A stretch of DNA of 64,000 nucleotides from Entomortierella parvispora E1425 (GCA_020891255.1 BQFW01000016.1:1-64000), one strand, 5' to 3'. Shown: positions 48,348-59,893, counted from the first letter of the stretch. Translations and numbers: made by a program. Notes: generated from the letters alone by a model not told the origin.

Positions 48348-51300
48348 TTATGCCCCATTCTGCTCCAGAGCAACCTCGGCTGAATGATGATACTTGGAGG
48401 GCATTGCCCTCATGCACTCTCTTGTGAAGTGGTAAGACTTGGTGTTACGCCATTTTTTCACATCGTCCTCCAGTGTTGTTAGCAGAAACCTCTTGCTATC
48501 TCGCTCTATTTTTTTCCCACAAGACTGGCAGATAGGAAGCGGGCCGTTCGAAGCAATCTCTCCATAACTGAATCCAATAGGGTGCTTAGTCCGTTTGCTT
48601 CTCCGAAGAACAATCGAATTACTGGCAGCTTCTTGATCTGTGATGGAAGGAAACTCTCGTTTTTTTGTTTCTTTGCCAACATCAGAGGAGCGCGTTGGCG
48701 ACGCGACACCAGACTGCGGCTGAGACGGCACCAGCGCTACGGGCACAGGGCTTTGAGCCACAGTGGGAGAAACGGCGGCGGTCATAGTGTAGTTTTGATC
48801 ATTTTTGCTGCTGGTCTTAGGGTCCATATCTGTCGTATCCAGCGAGGTTGTCTGTTGATGCAAATACCAGAAAAGGATCGGTCGGTACCCTTCGGGTTGG
48901 CAAAAATCCTTCAAAAGCGAAAGATTAATCAGCCTCGTCCGCGGGTATAAGGGCTTGCCATCATAGAGGTACACGCTGTTACCAACGATGACAGCACAAC
49001 AAAAGTGATTGTTGTTGAAGTAGAAAATCGTTGCCAAGTGGTAGATCTCGGCATCAAATCTCAAGACGGAAACAGGCATGATCCACGGCCCCCGGTGTTG
49101 ACTGCTCCTGTATTCTTGGACACAGTCCAAAAGCAGGACAGGCGGATATTCTGCGACCAGCATCGGGCCTTGAGATCTCTGCCCTGAGCATGCAGTCCAG
49201 GACTCCTCGCCCTCGTCGGTGATCGTCCACTCTTGCCGACTGTGGCCCGTGATGTTGAATCCAGCAACCCTTTTGGTACAACTGTGCGGGAATGATGCCG
49301 ACAGTGCTTCATTAAATGTTTTCTGTGTAATGATGTCGGGAGAAAGCATGATGACAGACCGTGGGGCGGCATGATTGACTTCTTGAGGACACCCGGGTAC
49401 ACTGCACGAGGATACCCTGGACACTTCGAACCTTGTCAGGCCTGGCACTAGATCAAGGAAGACCGCCTCAAGACTTAGATAGAGGTCGTGATGTCTATTT
49501 CCAGGTAGCTTCATCACGTCTGTGCACCAGAGGCGCCTAGCCATGTCATATCGCCTTGCGTGGAGGTGGGCCATTACTGACAGAAGAGCCAAGCCTACAG
49601 TTGAAGAAATCATAGCGGGGGGAGCGTCGCTCCAGAAAGTGACACCAACATGTACCACGCCATCAGAGAGGAATCGAGGGCGCAGGTGTTGGTGAGCGCA
49701 AACCGTGCATTGCCTGACAGTTTTGAAGGCTCCACACCCCAGGGAATGCCGAACGTGTTGTGGTCAAATATTTCCCTCGATGAAGGCGCCTTATTTTGGC
49801 TGCCTAGGCGACGCCCTTGCTTCGGCTTCTGGAGTAAGTCTTTGGGCACCTTGGGTTTATAACGCGCAGACTCCCGTTTACGTCGAGCTTCATCTTTAAC
49901 CTGCGCTGCCCTCAATGCTTTCGCGTTATCTGGAGCGCGTCCATCATTGATATAAGATTCTGGAACCGGTGGTCGCTTGCCATAAGTCAGTTTTCCGCCT
50001 CGAAGGACGTGGTCGTAGTCTCGGGCGAATGACTGCTGATAAAGTGCAATGGCCTCAACACATTTGACAATACCGCCTCTGGGCGCTGTCCGCTCGAGAT
50101 AGTTACGAAGATGAGCCCCAAAGCCTTCTTGAGCATTCGTGTCCAAAGCTAATGTCTCCAGAACGTGGGGGTGCCCCCTCAGTGCCGGATAAATAAGGCT
50201 TTTCCGATCGGCATTCATGTACCAGGCGATCCAATTGCGGGCTCGAGGGAATTGTTCAAGAAGGTATGCAACAGACTCTTCAAACTCGACTAGAGTCATA
50301 CCTTCCCGAGTGAGACTCTCAGCAATGAAATAAAATTCATCTGATCTTGCCGCAGGGATAACAGAGGCTTCCCTACACACGCGTCGTAAAGACCGCCGGT
50401 AATGAACAGTGCAAAACTGGTAATGCCCTTCAAGTGAAACAATATCAACGCTGACATTGTAGTGTTCGGCGATTGCGGCTTGGAATCCCTTTCGCTCGGC
50501 ATCAGAGAAGTCGCAGGTCATACCAGGGAAGTTATCATCAAACTCCTCCCAAGACTTGTACTCAAGAGACTGTAGCACGACTGAAAAATGGCGTTTGTAG
50601 TGCTCCGCGGATTTGCCAAACAAGACGGATATAACAATTGGGATGACCTTTGCGGCGAAGGCGCAGTAGGCAACTGTGCATGTGATGTTCGCGTCTTTGA
50701 TATGGATCTCAAACACCGCTCCGTGGAAAGAGTCTGTCTGCATGTGGGTCAGAGGGCCACGGCAACGCTGACGCAGAAATTCAGTCTGCACACAAATGTG
50801 ACCAGCCTTTGCTTCCAAACTGTGAGATTGAAGGAAATGGAATCCCAGTTTGGATTCCAGATTTGCGAGCTCGCCAAGGTTATCGGTTGTCTTCCCATGG
50901 TTGAGGGAACGCAATCGCAGGTATCTCGTATAGCCGAGATTGTGGAGAACCGGATGCTTGATAGAAATTGAAGGTCTTGTCGCGGTTCCGATCACGAGAT
51001 GTTTAGGTTTCGCCTCTGGGGCTGTGTTGACCATCGTTTCAAGATCGTTTAGAGCAACCATACTTGCACGCGCGGGCAACGGTTTAGGATGCTCATGGAA
51101 CCCACGGTGGATGAGCTCAATGCGGTCTACTCCTGCCTGAACCAAATCCATCGTTGCACTACAGCCAGTGGGTTCTAGTGGTAACTGGTGTACACGACAA
51201 ATGGCATCATCGTCTTCCAGCTCCTGTGATAGTTGACTTGAGGAGAAGGTGGTATTTTCAGCAGCCGCCGAGACTTTTGGTCGGCGTACATAAGGGCAGT

Positions 51301-52186
51301 AAGGGAGAGGGCATCGGCTCACACCGAGACAGCGCTTGCGGATAACTTTCCCGGAAGTTCTCAGTGTGTATTGGCTGGTGACCTTCGTTGCCCATCCAAC
51401 GCTGCGAGCCAATTGAAGTGAACTGTAATCTGAAAGTAGTCGTATCAGATGCACATCACCGTTGGGGAACTCATCCGAAGATTCGTGTAGAGGGCTGCGG
51501 TCAAAAAAAAAACTTAGAGACCGACATTTGAAGATCAATTCGTCGGATAGCATCATGGAAAGAAACGTATACTAACATACCTAGATCGAGGCCCATCTTC
51601 AGAAGATACATCTTCTCCTCGAGTGTAGGGACTGGTCTGTGTCAATGTCGGCGGGTAAAACATACTAAGTCTAACGTTTTCAAAAGAAAAAAAAAACTCC
51701 TGTAAATTTTTGTCCCTCCTTGCATGTAGCGTTGATCTTAATAAAACAGCACATGGGCACAGCAACATACCCACTCCTATTCCTAGAATGTACATCAGGA
51801 ACAAGAATAGCACCTCTTTCGCGGGTGCGAGAGATGACCTGCGCCAATCCGAGTGAAGATGAACGATGTGTAGCCCTGAAATCGAATAGAACGAGTTGTG
51901 AGTCTCATTGTGCTACCACAGCACGATTTCCTCCCCGTAATTCTTACCCTGATGTTTTGACGCCAGGCTTATCACGCTTTGTAGAGACGCCGAGAGTAGT
52001 GTCGGCACTGATCACATCAGGCTTAGAGCTGGCACTGGGCGCGACGACTTTGACAGCGCCAGGGATAACAGATTCACTGGGGGGACCGGGGATAACACGC
52101 ACGTCAACCCAACGTTGATCCTGAAGCTCATTCGAATAGCCACCCACGTTGGAGGGAAAAGAGTTGGACACTGCACTAAAAGACAA
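48348..52186 (-). CDS. MULE transposase with an N-terminal GCM domain, a C-terminal USP-like cysteine protease and a PARP-type-like Zn finger; one intron, one frameshift in a C6 run near 49620
   Basis: GCM-like KRCLGVSRCPLPYCPYVRRP..CRVH..C..HRGFHEHPKP; DDE QTDS / TCDFSDAE / CTVH / TNAQEG; Cys box TNTCALDS; His box NHFCC..VYLYDG; CQSCGKKI..YHF..C; intron GTATGT..CGCAG at about 51495-51581. 5' exon extent is uncertain. Confidence 0.82.
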
Positions 52187-52812
52187 GAAAAAAAAAAAAA
52201 AAAAAAAAAGGGAAGAGACAGGGAGTCAGGTCCAAGATCCCATTATCTATTACAACTTTACCTGCTGCTTTTACTTACTCAGTACAAGGCGCAGCTTCAG
52301 TGGCGACTGAAATCGCCTTTCCTTGATTGCCAGATGAACTGACATTAGAGTCATTTGGGAACAAGGATGCTGGGCTGTGGTCAGGGTAACGGTGAGAGCA
52401 AGCAATAGAGAAAAGGACAGAAAATGTTGGAGCCAGCATTAAAGGTCAGTTCTATTGTACAAACTCGTCGTTCCACAGCTAACCCTTACCGAGATGCAAG
52501 TACTGTGGACCGCTTCAAAGCGTCAGCATAGCTGACTCTAGGAGGCATAGAGCTACATCAATGCAAATATATAGTATAGTGGATGTGCAAACACAAGTCA
52601 GAAACGTTTCTGAAGTCTGGCCTTGCATTTTACGACTTACCCTTGGCCGTCATCATCACTTATCAAGCAGTGGAAAGGATGAATAGAATAAGAATAAAGG
52701 GCAGCGAAAAAATGATCAGCTAGCGTAGCAGAGTTTTCATCAGACTTACCTGGAGTCATCGCTGATGACGATCACACCTTTCTCTTGGCTAATAACTTGC
52801 CAGTCGTCGTCA

Positions 52813-53283
52813 TCAGAGAAAAGCGCCTCGTTCGAAGAAATCGACCACGAGGGAGACTTGATGCCTTGATTTTTGAGATGTTGGGCCCTCGTTCAAGCTT
52901 CCAAGGTCTGGTCGTTTGGCGGCTGTCCCCAAGGAGTGATGCGAGGACGAGCCGATACGGTGGGCGGCGGCAGGAGACGAACTCCGCCTTTGGGGTGATG
53001 CACTACTTCTTTGAGAAAGAGAGCTCTGCCTTTGAGGAGGCGAGCTCGGCCTTTGGGGAGGCGAATTCGCGCGCTCCGAGGCAGGGATCGAGGCGGAGTT
53101 GGCGCGCTCCGAGGCAGGGACTGAAGCGGAGTTGACGCGCTCGAGAGGTCGTGTCGAATTGACGGCTAGAATATCATTCACCATCCTTACGACTGAACTC
53201 TCAAGGCGAGGTCTTCCATCCAAGGAGAGTAGGCGAGCAACACTAAGAGATAGACTGAAGTCTTTATCGACGGTGGAGGGCAT
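52813..53283 (-). CDS. Hypothetical Ser/Arg-rich ORF inside the MULE, with short internal repeats
   Basis: 156-aa ORF containing ERANSASIPAS repeats; no family recognised. Confidence 0.3.
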   Translation of the reverse strand: MPSTVDKDFSLSLSVARLLSLDGRPRLESSVVRMVNDILAVNSTRPLERVNSASVPASERANSASIPASERANSPPQRPSSPPQRQSSLSQRSSASPQRRSSSPAAAHRIGSSSHHSLGTAAKRPDLGSLNEGPTSQKSRHQVSLVVDFFERGAFL

Positions 53284-53519
53284 GGGGGTAGTGGGGGGGG
53301 AGAGGTTTTGGTAGGGATTGAAAGAAAGTGTGAATTCTGAAGCTGAAAAACGATGGTGACCGCACTAGTCATACGACAATCAAAAACGACCCCATTCCCA
53401 CGCCCCATCAAATCTCTTATCGCAAAAACGTCGATGAACAAAAAAATAGTGGATACGGTTATAGAGTAGCACGAAAAAGTGGATAGGGAGCCATGAAGGA
53501 GAACAGGGCACAAAAAAAA

Positions 53520-54530
53520 TCAAGTTTTTAATCCTGATTCAGCCACTACATCAAAAACGTGCTCTGAGTCTCGGGAACAGAGAGACTGTGATTCCTGCGC
53601 GCTGCTTTTGGGCAGAGGTTCGAACTTTCGGCGTTTGCTTTCTGACTCTGGGGACTCGTGCGCTCTGGGATGAACGACGTTCACGAGGGCTGCTAAGTCG
53701 CTGAAGATGATGTTGACGCCGCTGACAATGCTGCTCGAGAGGGCACAAACTTGGCATGTGCAATAATTATGACCTAATCCGTTCCAAAAGGCTTCAATCT
53801 TCAGGTTTTCCACATAGTCAGCAGCTGAAGAATATGTTCTCTGCGGGCACTCTGTAGCAGCCATTGGGACTTTTGACGGGAGTTCGGTCTGACATGGGTC
53901 GGCTCGTGTTGAGGCTGAGAGCGATTGTCTGTCCCTTTCCAAAGAGCAATGCCTAGGATGATTGCCGTTCGACATGGTCTGGGTTGTTGGTTCTGATAGT
54001 GACGGCGGGGACCTCCCTATAGGAATATACATCTTATCTCTTGGTTCCACGCCTTTGGCGATCCTTTGCCGATCGTCCCTGCGTCTGATTTCCTCGTCAA
54101 TTTTCACGATCTCCTGCACCATTGCTGACATTCGTGTGTCGACCCATGCATCCCCAGAAGACAGAATATGTTGACTCAGGCCTATTCGTTCTTGCACAAG
54201 ACGCTCATATAGAGGAAATAGCGCTCTTGCAGTAACGCCAGCCAGTATCGGTTCCGCCCCAGCAAGTCTCATCGCCAAATCCCTGAATCCTGCTCCATCT
54301 CTACTGTGAGAGAAATAAAAATCCTCGTCCTGCAACTGAGAAAGTTCGCGGAGATTTTTGTAGAGAAAAAGGACAGCTCTGAAAATATTCTCGCGATTGG
54401 TGCAATTTGCATTGAATTGAAAAAGGCGAAAAACATGGCTAGCTGCAGCATCTGATGTTATTCTTCCGACTTTATGCAGATCTACAAATGGAAGATTCGG
54501 CAAGCTTGTGAGAGAGAGTAGACTGGGCAA
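53520..54530 (-). CDS. Hypothetical 336-aa cargo protein inside the MULE
   Basis: Uninterrupted non-repetitive ORF, helical-looking N-terminal half, HNYCTCQVC near the C-terminus; no family recognised. Confidence 0.55.
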   Translation of the reverse strand: MPSLLSLTSLPNLPFVDLHKVGRITSDAAASHVFRLFQFNANCTNRENIFRAVLFLYKNLRELSQLQDEDFYFSHSRDGAGFRDLAMRLAGAEPILAGVTARALFPLYERLVQERIGLSQHILSSGDAWVDTRMSAMVQEIVKIDEEIRRRDDRQRIAKGVEPRDKMYIPIGRSPPSLSEPTTQTMSNGNHPRHCSLERDRQSLSASTRADPCQTELPSKVPMAATECPQRTYSSAADYVENLKIEAFWNGLGHNYCTCQVCALSSSIVSGVNIIFSDLAALVNVVHPRAHESPESESKRRKFEPLPKSSAQESQSLCSRDSEHVFDVVAESGLKT

Positions 54531-56696
54531 ACATCAAGGACTTCTATAGCTAAAGCTCCCCTACCTTGTCCTGAATTGCCATCCATGAGCTGCATTGCAT
54601 TTGGTGGGTCCATGAATACCTTGGCGTAGTATTCGCGCCTTTCATGCGATGAGGCGTTCGGTTTAATCTCCAGCTTCCTGCTAGGCTTCATAATCCTCTT
54701 TTGTCGATGGGGTGTCATTGCTGGGTCGCTTCAAGGATGGGGGTGGGGGTCAAGAGGCGGTAAATCTTCTCGCTGTCAGTGCTGCAAGCAAAGTAGACTC
54801 GCGTCACGTGGTCATGCAAGTGATATAACATGGTGCTCAATTTTGAGGATTTCAATAATCAGTGGTGGTTTTGCAAGTTTGGGTAGAGCGACTCCTTTTT
54901 TTTCTCTCTCTTGTGCACCCAGGTTCGATACCTCGCTCTTTTTTCCCTTTTTTTTTGTAGTGAAGATGTCCAGCACTTCAAGTGCGTGGAAGCGCGTAGA
55001 TTCGTAAATAGTACCATGTTTGCAGCAAGCTCTTTGGCTGAAATCCTTGTGGTAACCAGGCTTTCAATCGCGGTTGAATGTGGATGGACCACTGACGCGC
55101 ATTGGACACAAAGCCAGCGACAATGTGCCTCCAAGTTCAGAACTGTCGGGGTCGCCGAGGCCGTTACTCGTTTGCTCAATTGGACCTCTCGTAAAGGAAG
55201 GAGTATTTTCACGGAGCTGCACAAGTTTTGAACAAGCTCAGCGACGAGATCGATTCTCGCGAGGATTGGTACAATAAAAGCGCGTCTGCGATCCTACAGT
55301 TTTGTACCTCAACCTCTAATTTTGCCAACCCTGACTTTACCAACATTGACTTTGCAGTATCAAATTCGCCTACAACATGGTCACATAGATCTACTATGCT
55401 TTTCAATCGTTTATTCCCCTTGCTCACTTCACTGACCGTCGCCTTAGCCTATTCCAACTGAGTTGTCAGACGACAGTGCAGTCCGCGCTACCTCGGGTGG
55501 AGAACGATATTAACGGCGCGGTATAGCTACAAACGATTGGGGATCTGATGCAGCTCAGAGGGTGAAGGGCAGTTCACACGTTGTTAGGGAAAGGGGAAGA
55601 CACACAATGGGATCTCTCAGCGGCTGTGTACTGTCACTGAGAGGAAAGATATGGTTTATTGTGAATTGGAGACTGAGAAGTACAGGGCCTAGCTATTTAT
55701 CATGAGTTGAGGAGGACACCAAAGTGGGGACTGGTCTGGTACGGAGGCTGAAGCTGACACAGAGTGGGCTGGACCTTGGGCTCCATGGTCTTGATGTTCT
55801 ATAGTTCATGTCAACTATATCGGGGGTCATGATACTAGGAAAGTGTGTCGAGTCGAAGTCTGATCTGGGCTCTTGGCCGTGACAACAGGTACATCTGATG
55901 TTACACGACGGGCTGGGAAAGACCGTCGTGTCCCATATTTGGCAGTTCGACCGTTCGTGACATGTACTGTACAGAGTCGCTCTCTTTGATCTTGTTGTCA
56001 CTTCTTTTGCTAACATAACACACGAAGGCATTGACACTCTCCCCATCTCGTAATTTAAATAGTCGACCTCTTCTAGAATGTTTAGTGACACGATATCCAC
56101 CCACTTCATAAACCCTTGCAAGTGTTTGTACGCCAAGCTTGTTGAAGCTGATAACGCTGAGACCGTCTATGCCTCGAAGTCCCCTCGAAGCTAGGCCATG
56201 GTGACGACTCTCAAGTTAGAACTTGTGATCTAACACAGTTACAAGGAGGAACCGACCATATCAACTGCACCGGTGGGACAACAGAATTGGAGTGTTGCCA
56301 AATGTGAATGAAATGAGACGTGTTCTGCACCTCGGGGGCCTTTGTTGGACGTGTCGCTAAAGTAGAATGGTTGCATCACAAGAGATGACTTCGAGGATGT
56401 GAAGGTTATGTGAACATAAATACTAGGGCAGATGAAGAGAAAGAGAAAGAGAAGGAGAGAGAGAACAAAGACAGAGGTTCATCGCGATCCTGCAGAGGGG
56501 GAAAAAAAAAAGGGACGGATTGGTGGCGCTTTTCGCTGAATGGGCCTCAAATGGATTCGGTGACGTATCCATTTTATTTAAGGTAATTGGATGCGCCACC
56601 AACCTGTGCCGATGAATTTAAGGTAACATGCCACACTCAACTTGTGAGCACACTCAACTAAATTCGATATACCCTAAAAATAAGCCATTGTATTTC

Positions 56697-56744
56697 GAGT
56701 ATATCGAATTTACTTGAGTGTGCCCACAAGTTGAGTGCGGCAAG
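56697..56744 (+). repeat. Orphan diverged MULE TIR start
   Basis: GAGTATATCGAATTTACTTGAGTGTGCCCACAAGTTGAGTGCGGCAAG versus the TIR at 48011: 5 mismatches in 48 nt. Confidence 0.85.
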
Positions 56745-57085
56745 TGATCCAACCATTCTGAACGAAGAGTCCACTAACAGGATAGAGACCTTGTTCATGC
56801 TTACGGTTCCTCGCCCTGGCTGATTCTCTCCCATGCAATCTACTACCAGCATCTCTTCAATCCCAGCGGCTCTCTCATGCTTCAGCCTCTCGGCGCCTAC
56901 ACCTCTTTCGCGCAATGCGAAAGCAACCGCGGGAACATGTAGACCGGTAGCTGTCTGCACCCTCAGCTCATACTTCAAAGAACCCACATAGTCGATTCAC
57001 AGCGACGACTGCAGCCCTTGACGAACCCCCTTCTTCCTCTCCTCGCAGCTCCTGCTCTTCTTGGGTGAAATTGAGCACCCCTTAA

Positions 57086-57341
57086 CTGTCTGTGCTACAT
57101 CCATGTAAAATAAGCTATTTTTTTTTCTCTTAGATAGATCGTAGCTCTATGAATAAAGGTTCAACTTCCTTCCCATTAGCTTTGTTAGATGGGACCATCA
57201 AGGAGGATGTATGGCTGTATGGCACAAGTTGTATACCTTTTGGTTATGAATGGCAGGAGTAAAGTTGATGCATGTGATTTTGTTTGCCCTGATGGGCGGA
57301 TGTATAGAAGTGAACTCTGCCGAGAAATGGGCACCCCTTAA
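57086..57341 (+). repeat. ~250-bp unit family, single full copy F bounded by GCACCCC-TTAA on both sides
   Basis: TTAA at 57082-57085 and 57338-57341. Confidence 0.88.
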
Positions 57342-57374
57342 GTTTCACCTGAGGAATCGCCATGGGACGCGTTG

Positions 57375-57571
57375 TGCAATAGTAAAGGCCAAGGGAAGAG
57401 CACGAAGATTGAATGATGTTTATTGGTATGAAGTCCGGGTATTTATACTAAAGGTTGCGGTGGTGGCAATGGTGGCAATGGTTGTAGTTGACCCTTTGTT
57501 TGTGGCTTTGTGAGTGAAGGCGCTGCACGGTCAGTCTGATTTGACTGTTGCACGAGGTCTATTTGTTTGCA
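57375..57571 (-). mobile_element. Solo LTR family 2 (197 bp); TSD CGTTG
   Basis: TGCAA..TTGCA termini; TATAAATA and AATAAA on the minus strand; CGTTG at 57370-57374 and 57572-57576. Confidence 0.88.
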
Positions 57572-57713
57572 CGTTGGACGCGTTTGGGTGGTATTTTAGA
57601 ATTTTGGTTTCTGTATTCTCCTGCCTGAAGAGACCCTCTCTCTCTCCCCCTGTCACTCTCTCCCTGTGTTCTCTCTCTCCCCACCTCCATGTCACCTTGT
57701 CTCTCCGCCTGTC

Positions 57714-57913
57714 TGCAACGCGTGTCTACAGCTTCTGTGATCCTGTCACTCCACTCCAACCCCTCCTACTCCAACACTCCAACCAATCCCAACATAGTTA
57801 CCATAGCCAGATAGACATATATATACCCCCTCCCTCCAACTGATTCAACATCATTGACTTCTCTAACTCTGCTTCTCCCTGCCCTTGTATTCCCCCTCTG
57901 AGCCTATTATACC
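57714..57913 (+). mobile_element. LTR family 3, second copy
   Basis: TGCAACGCGTGTCTACAGCTTCTGTGATCCTG.. matches the reverse complement of 24738-25049; no clear TSD. Confidence 0.75.
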
Positions 57914-58074
57914 AGTTAGGCGTATTCGTCGCGCTTGGCGCTCACTAATTTCCATAACCCTTTGTGCCTGCTGGAAAAGACCTCATGTTAGTTTTAAAAG
58001 TAGTGTCCTTTCTTTGTGGGCCCTAGCACGCGCACAATGGGTGGGCAAAAAAGTCAATCAGTGTCAACTGGAAG

Positions 58075-58482
58075 TCAACCCATGACTGGATAGTTCAAGT
58101 CAAACTCCTCGAACAGCTCTTGCTCTGTGTGATAAGGATGGGCTTTCACACTTACCTTAAACTCCTGCAGTCTATCCTTGAAGGTGATCACTCGGTAGCC
58201 TGCTTCGTTCACTTGAGCCACCTCGAGAGAGCTGAATATCGCGATTCTGGCTTCAGCATCGGTCAAATGTCTCTTTAGGAGCTTAAACATTTTCTCTTGG
58301 CGAAGTCCGACTGGGGAATCCGGTGTGAAAATGGTGGCATTGGGAGGGTTTCGTCCCAGGATAGCCATGTTGTCCCCAATCACGGCGGTGTAAACTCCAA
58401 GGATCCTTCTTTGCGTGTTGTTCATCTCTCTTTGCGTGTTGTTCTTCTTGTTACTTTTTGCAGTGGCTCGATCAGTTTGCAA
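58075..58482 (-). pseudogene. Possible gag-like retroelement fragment between ~130-bp direct repeats (57575-57713 and 58860-58975)
   Basis: Short ORF without firm motifs; repeats share CCTGAAGAGAC..CCCCACCTCCATGTCACCTTGTCTCTCCGCCTGTCT. Confidence 0.3.
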
Positions 58483-59098
58483 CTTTTGTCCCGTGCAAGA
58501 TTTTGGGACCCCTTAGGCGATCCTCGGTTGCATTGGAGCTCACTTCTCGGGTTGGGGGCGGATTCTGCGGCCTGAGAGACACTTTCTGACACCCAACCCC
58601 CCTGCCCACTTCTTGTTCTCCATCCCATCTCACCGTTCCATCACTGACACCAGTCTGATCCTTCTATCCTTCTTTGTCCAGCTTTCCGCTCTCTTCCCTC
58701 TCTCCCGCACCGCCACCCCCACTCACACTTATACTGTACGGCCCACAGATATCACGTGCATGACGATGCAGCACATACGACGAAGAAGGAAATCTTCTTC
58801 GTCGTAAATGCTGTGTAAGCCATAGGACCCCCTAAGTCGAATCCTGGACACTTGGCCTGACGCGTCTGTGTGGTATTTCGGTTTGTGGTGATCTCCCACC
58901 TGAAGAGACTCCCCCCCTCTCCATGTGTTATATCTCTCCCCACCTCCATGTCACCTTGTCTCTCCGCCTGTCTCTCACCCCAACTCCCCACCCACTCTCA
59001 CCCCACTTTAATTTGCTCAAGTCTTTTAATGTCAACTAACAGTACCCCTTAAGCGACCGACTTTCAGAAAGATAAAAAGAGAGATGTTGTTCGTAAGA

Positions 59099-59497
59099 AC
59101 AAATCTGTAGAACAATGGGCTTAATCTCAGCAGCTCGTATCAACAAGGATACTCGTCTGCTTACAATACCCCGTTCAATTAAAGTCGTCTGCAATGGATT
59201 TATCTCTTCCAATATTTGAAATTAACATTAGCAGGAGCCTCATAAAGCCTTTCCGCTCTACAAGACCACCCCACGTAATATGATTCAGGAGCCGAAGCTC
59301 TATTCGTATTCAACTAAAAATCGGAAAAGGCGGTAATCGTCGCGTTCTAGCACGGATTCTGACTTAGAGGCGTTCAGCCATAATCCAACGGATGATAGCT
59401 TCGGGCCATTGCCTGCTCAGGCAGGCCCAAATACCAATTATCCGAATAAAGTGTTCCTCTCGTACTAACTTTAATTACTATTGCAACAACATTTCAT

Positions 59498-59552
<55 letters not shown>

Positions 59553-59596
59553 ATTAGTGGGTGAACAATCCAACGCTTACTGAATTCTGCTTCAGT

Positions 59597-59632
<36 letters not shown>

Positions 59633-59672
59633 AACGTCGCTATGAACGCTTGGCTGCCACAAGCCAGTTATC
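59099..59672 (-). rRNA. Isolated 3' fragment of nuclear LSU (25S/28S) rRNA, 574 nt, followed by about 45 nt of 3' ETS-like sequence
   Basis: Minus strand reads GATAACTGGCTTGTGGCAGCCAAGCGTTCATAGCGACGTTGC..AGGGAACGTGAGCTGGGTTTAGACCGTCGTGAGACAGGTTAG..AGTACGAGAGGAAC (sarcin-ricin loop)..GATTTGT; the rest of the gene is absent. Confidence 0.97.
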
Positions 59673-59893
59673 ATACCAATATATAACTTTGTTTCTACCT
59701 TGAAAGTCAAATATGTGGTGACTATCGAGGATCCGGAGATCCGAAAAGCTCAAAACATGTTCGTAGTGCACTTTACTTATAGGTTTTGGAAGAAAAAACC
59801 ATGACATCATAATTTTTTTTTTTTGAAAAAAAAATTCGCACCTAGGAGCAAAAAAAAAAAAAAAAGATGGCCAGTAAGGGATGATATTAGGAC

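Larger units (their letters stand above)
48011..56674. mobile_element. Mutator-like (MULE) DNA transposon, 8664 bp, 140-bp TIRs, 9-bp TSD TAAAAATAA
   Basis: TIRs 48011-48150 and 56535-56674 (GGGTATATCG...CGATATACCC); TSD at 48002-48010 and 56675-56683. Confidence 0.93.

Noticed and set aside
56672-56683. Second telomere-like CCCTAAAAA
   Set aside because: It is formed by the MULE TIR end (CCC) plus the TSD (TAAAAATAA).
59043-59053. Pokey/piggyBac insertion in rDNA at TTAA
   Set aside because: piggyBac ends read GGG-TTAA, whereas this reads CCCC-TTAA; no piggyBac transposase is present. Pairing with TTAA-GGGGTA near 45092 gives only a 6-bp match.
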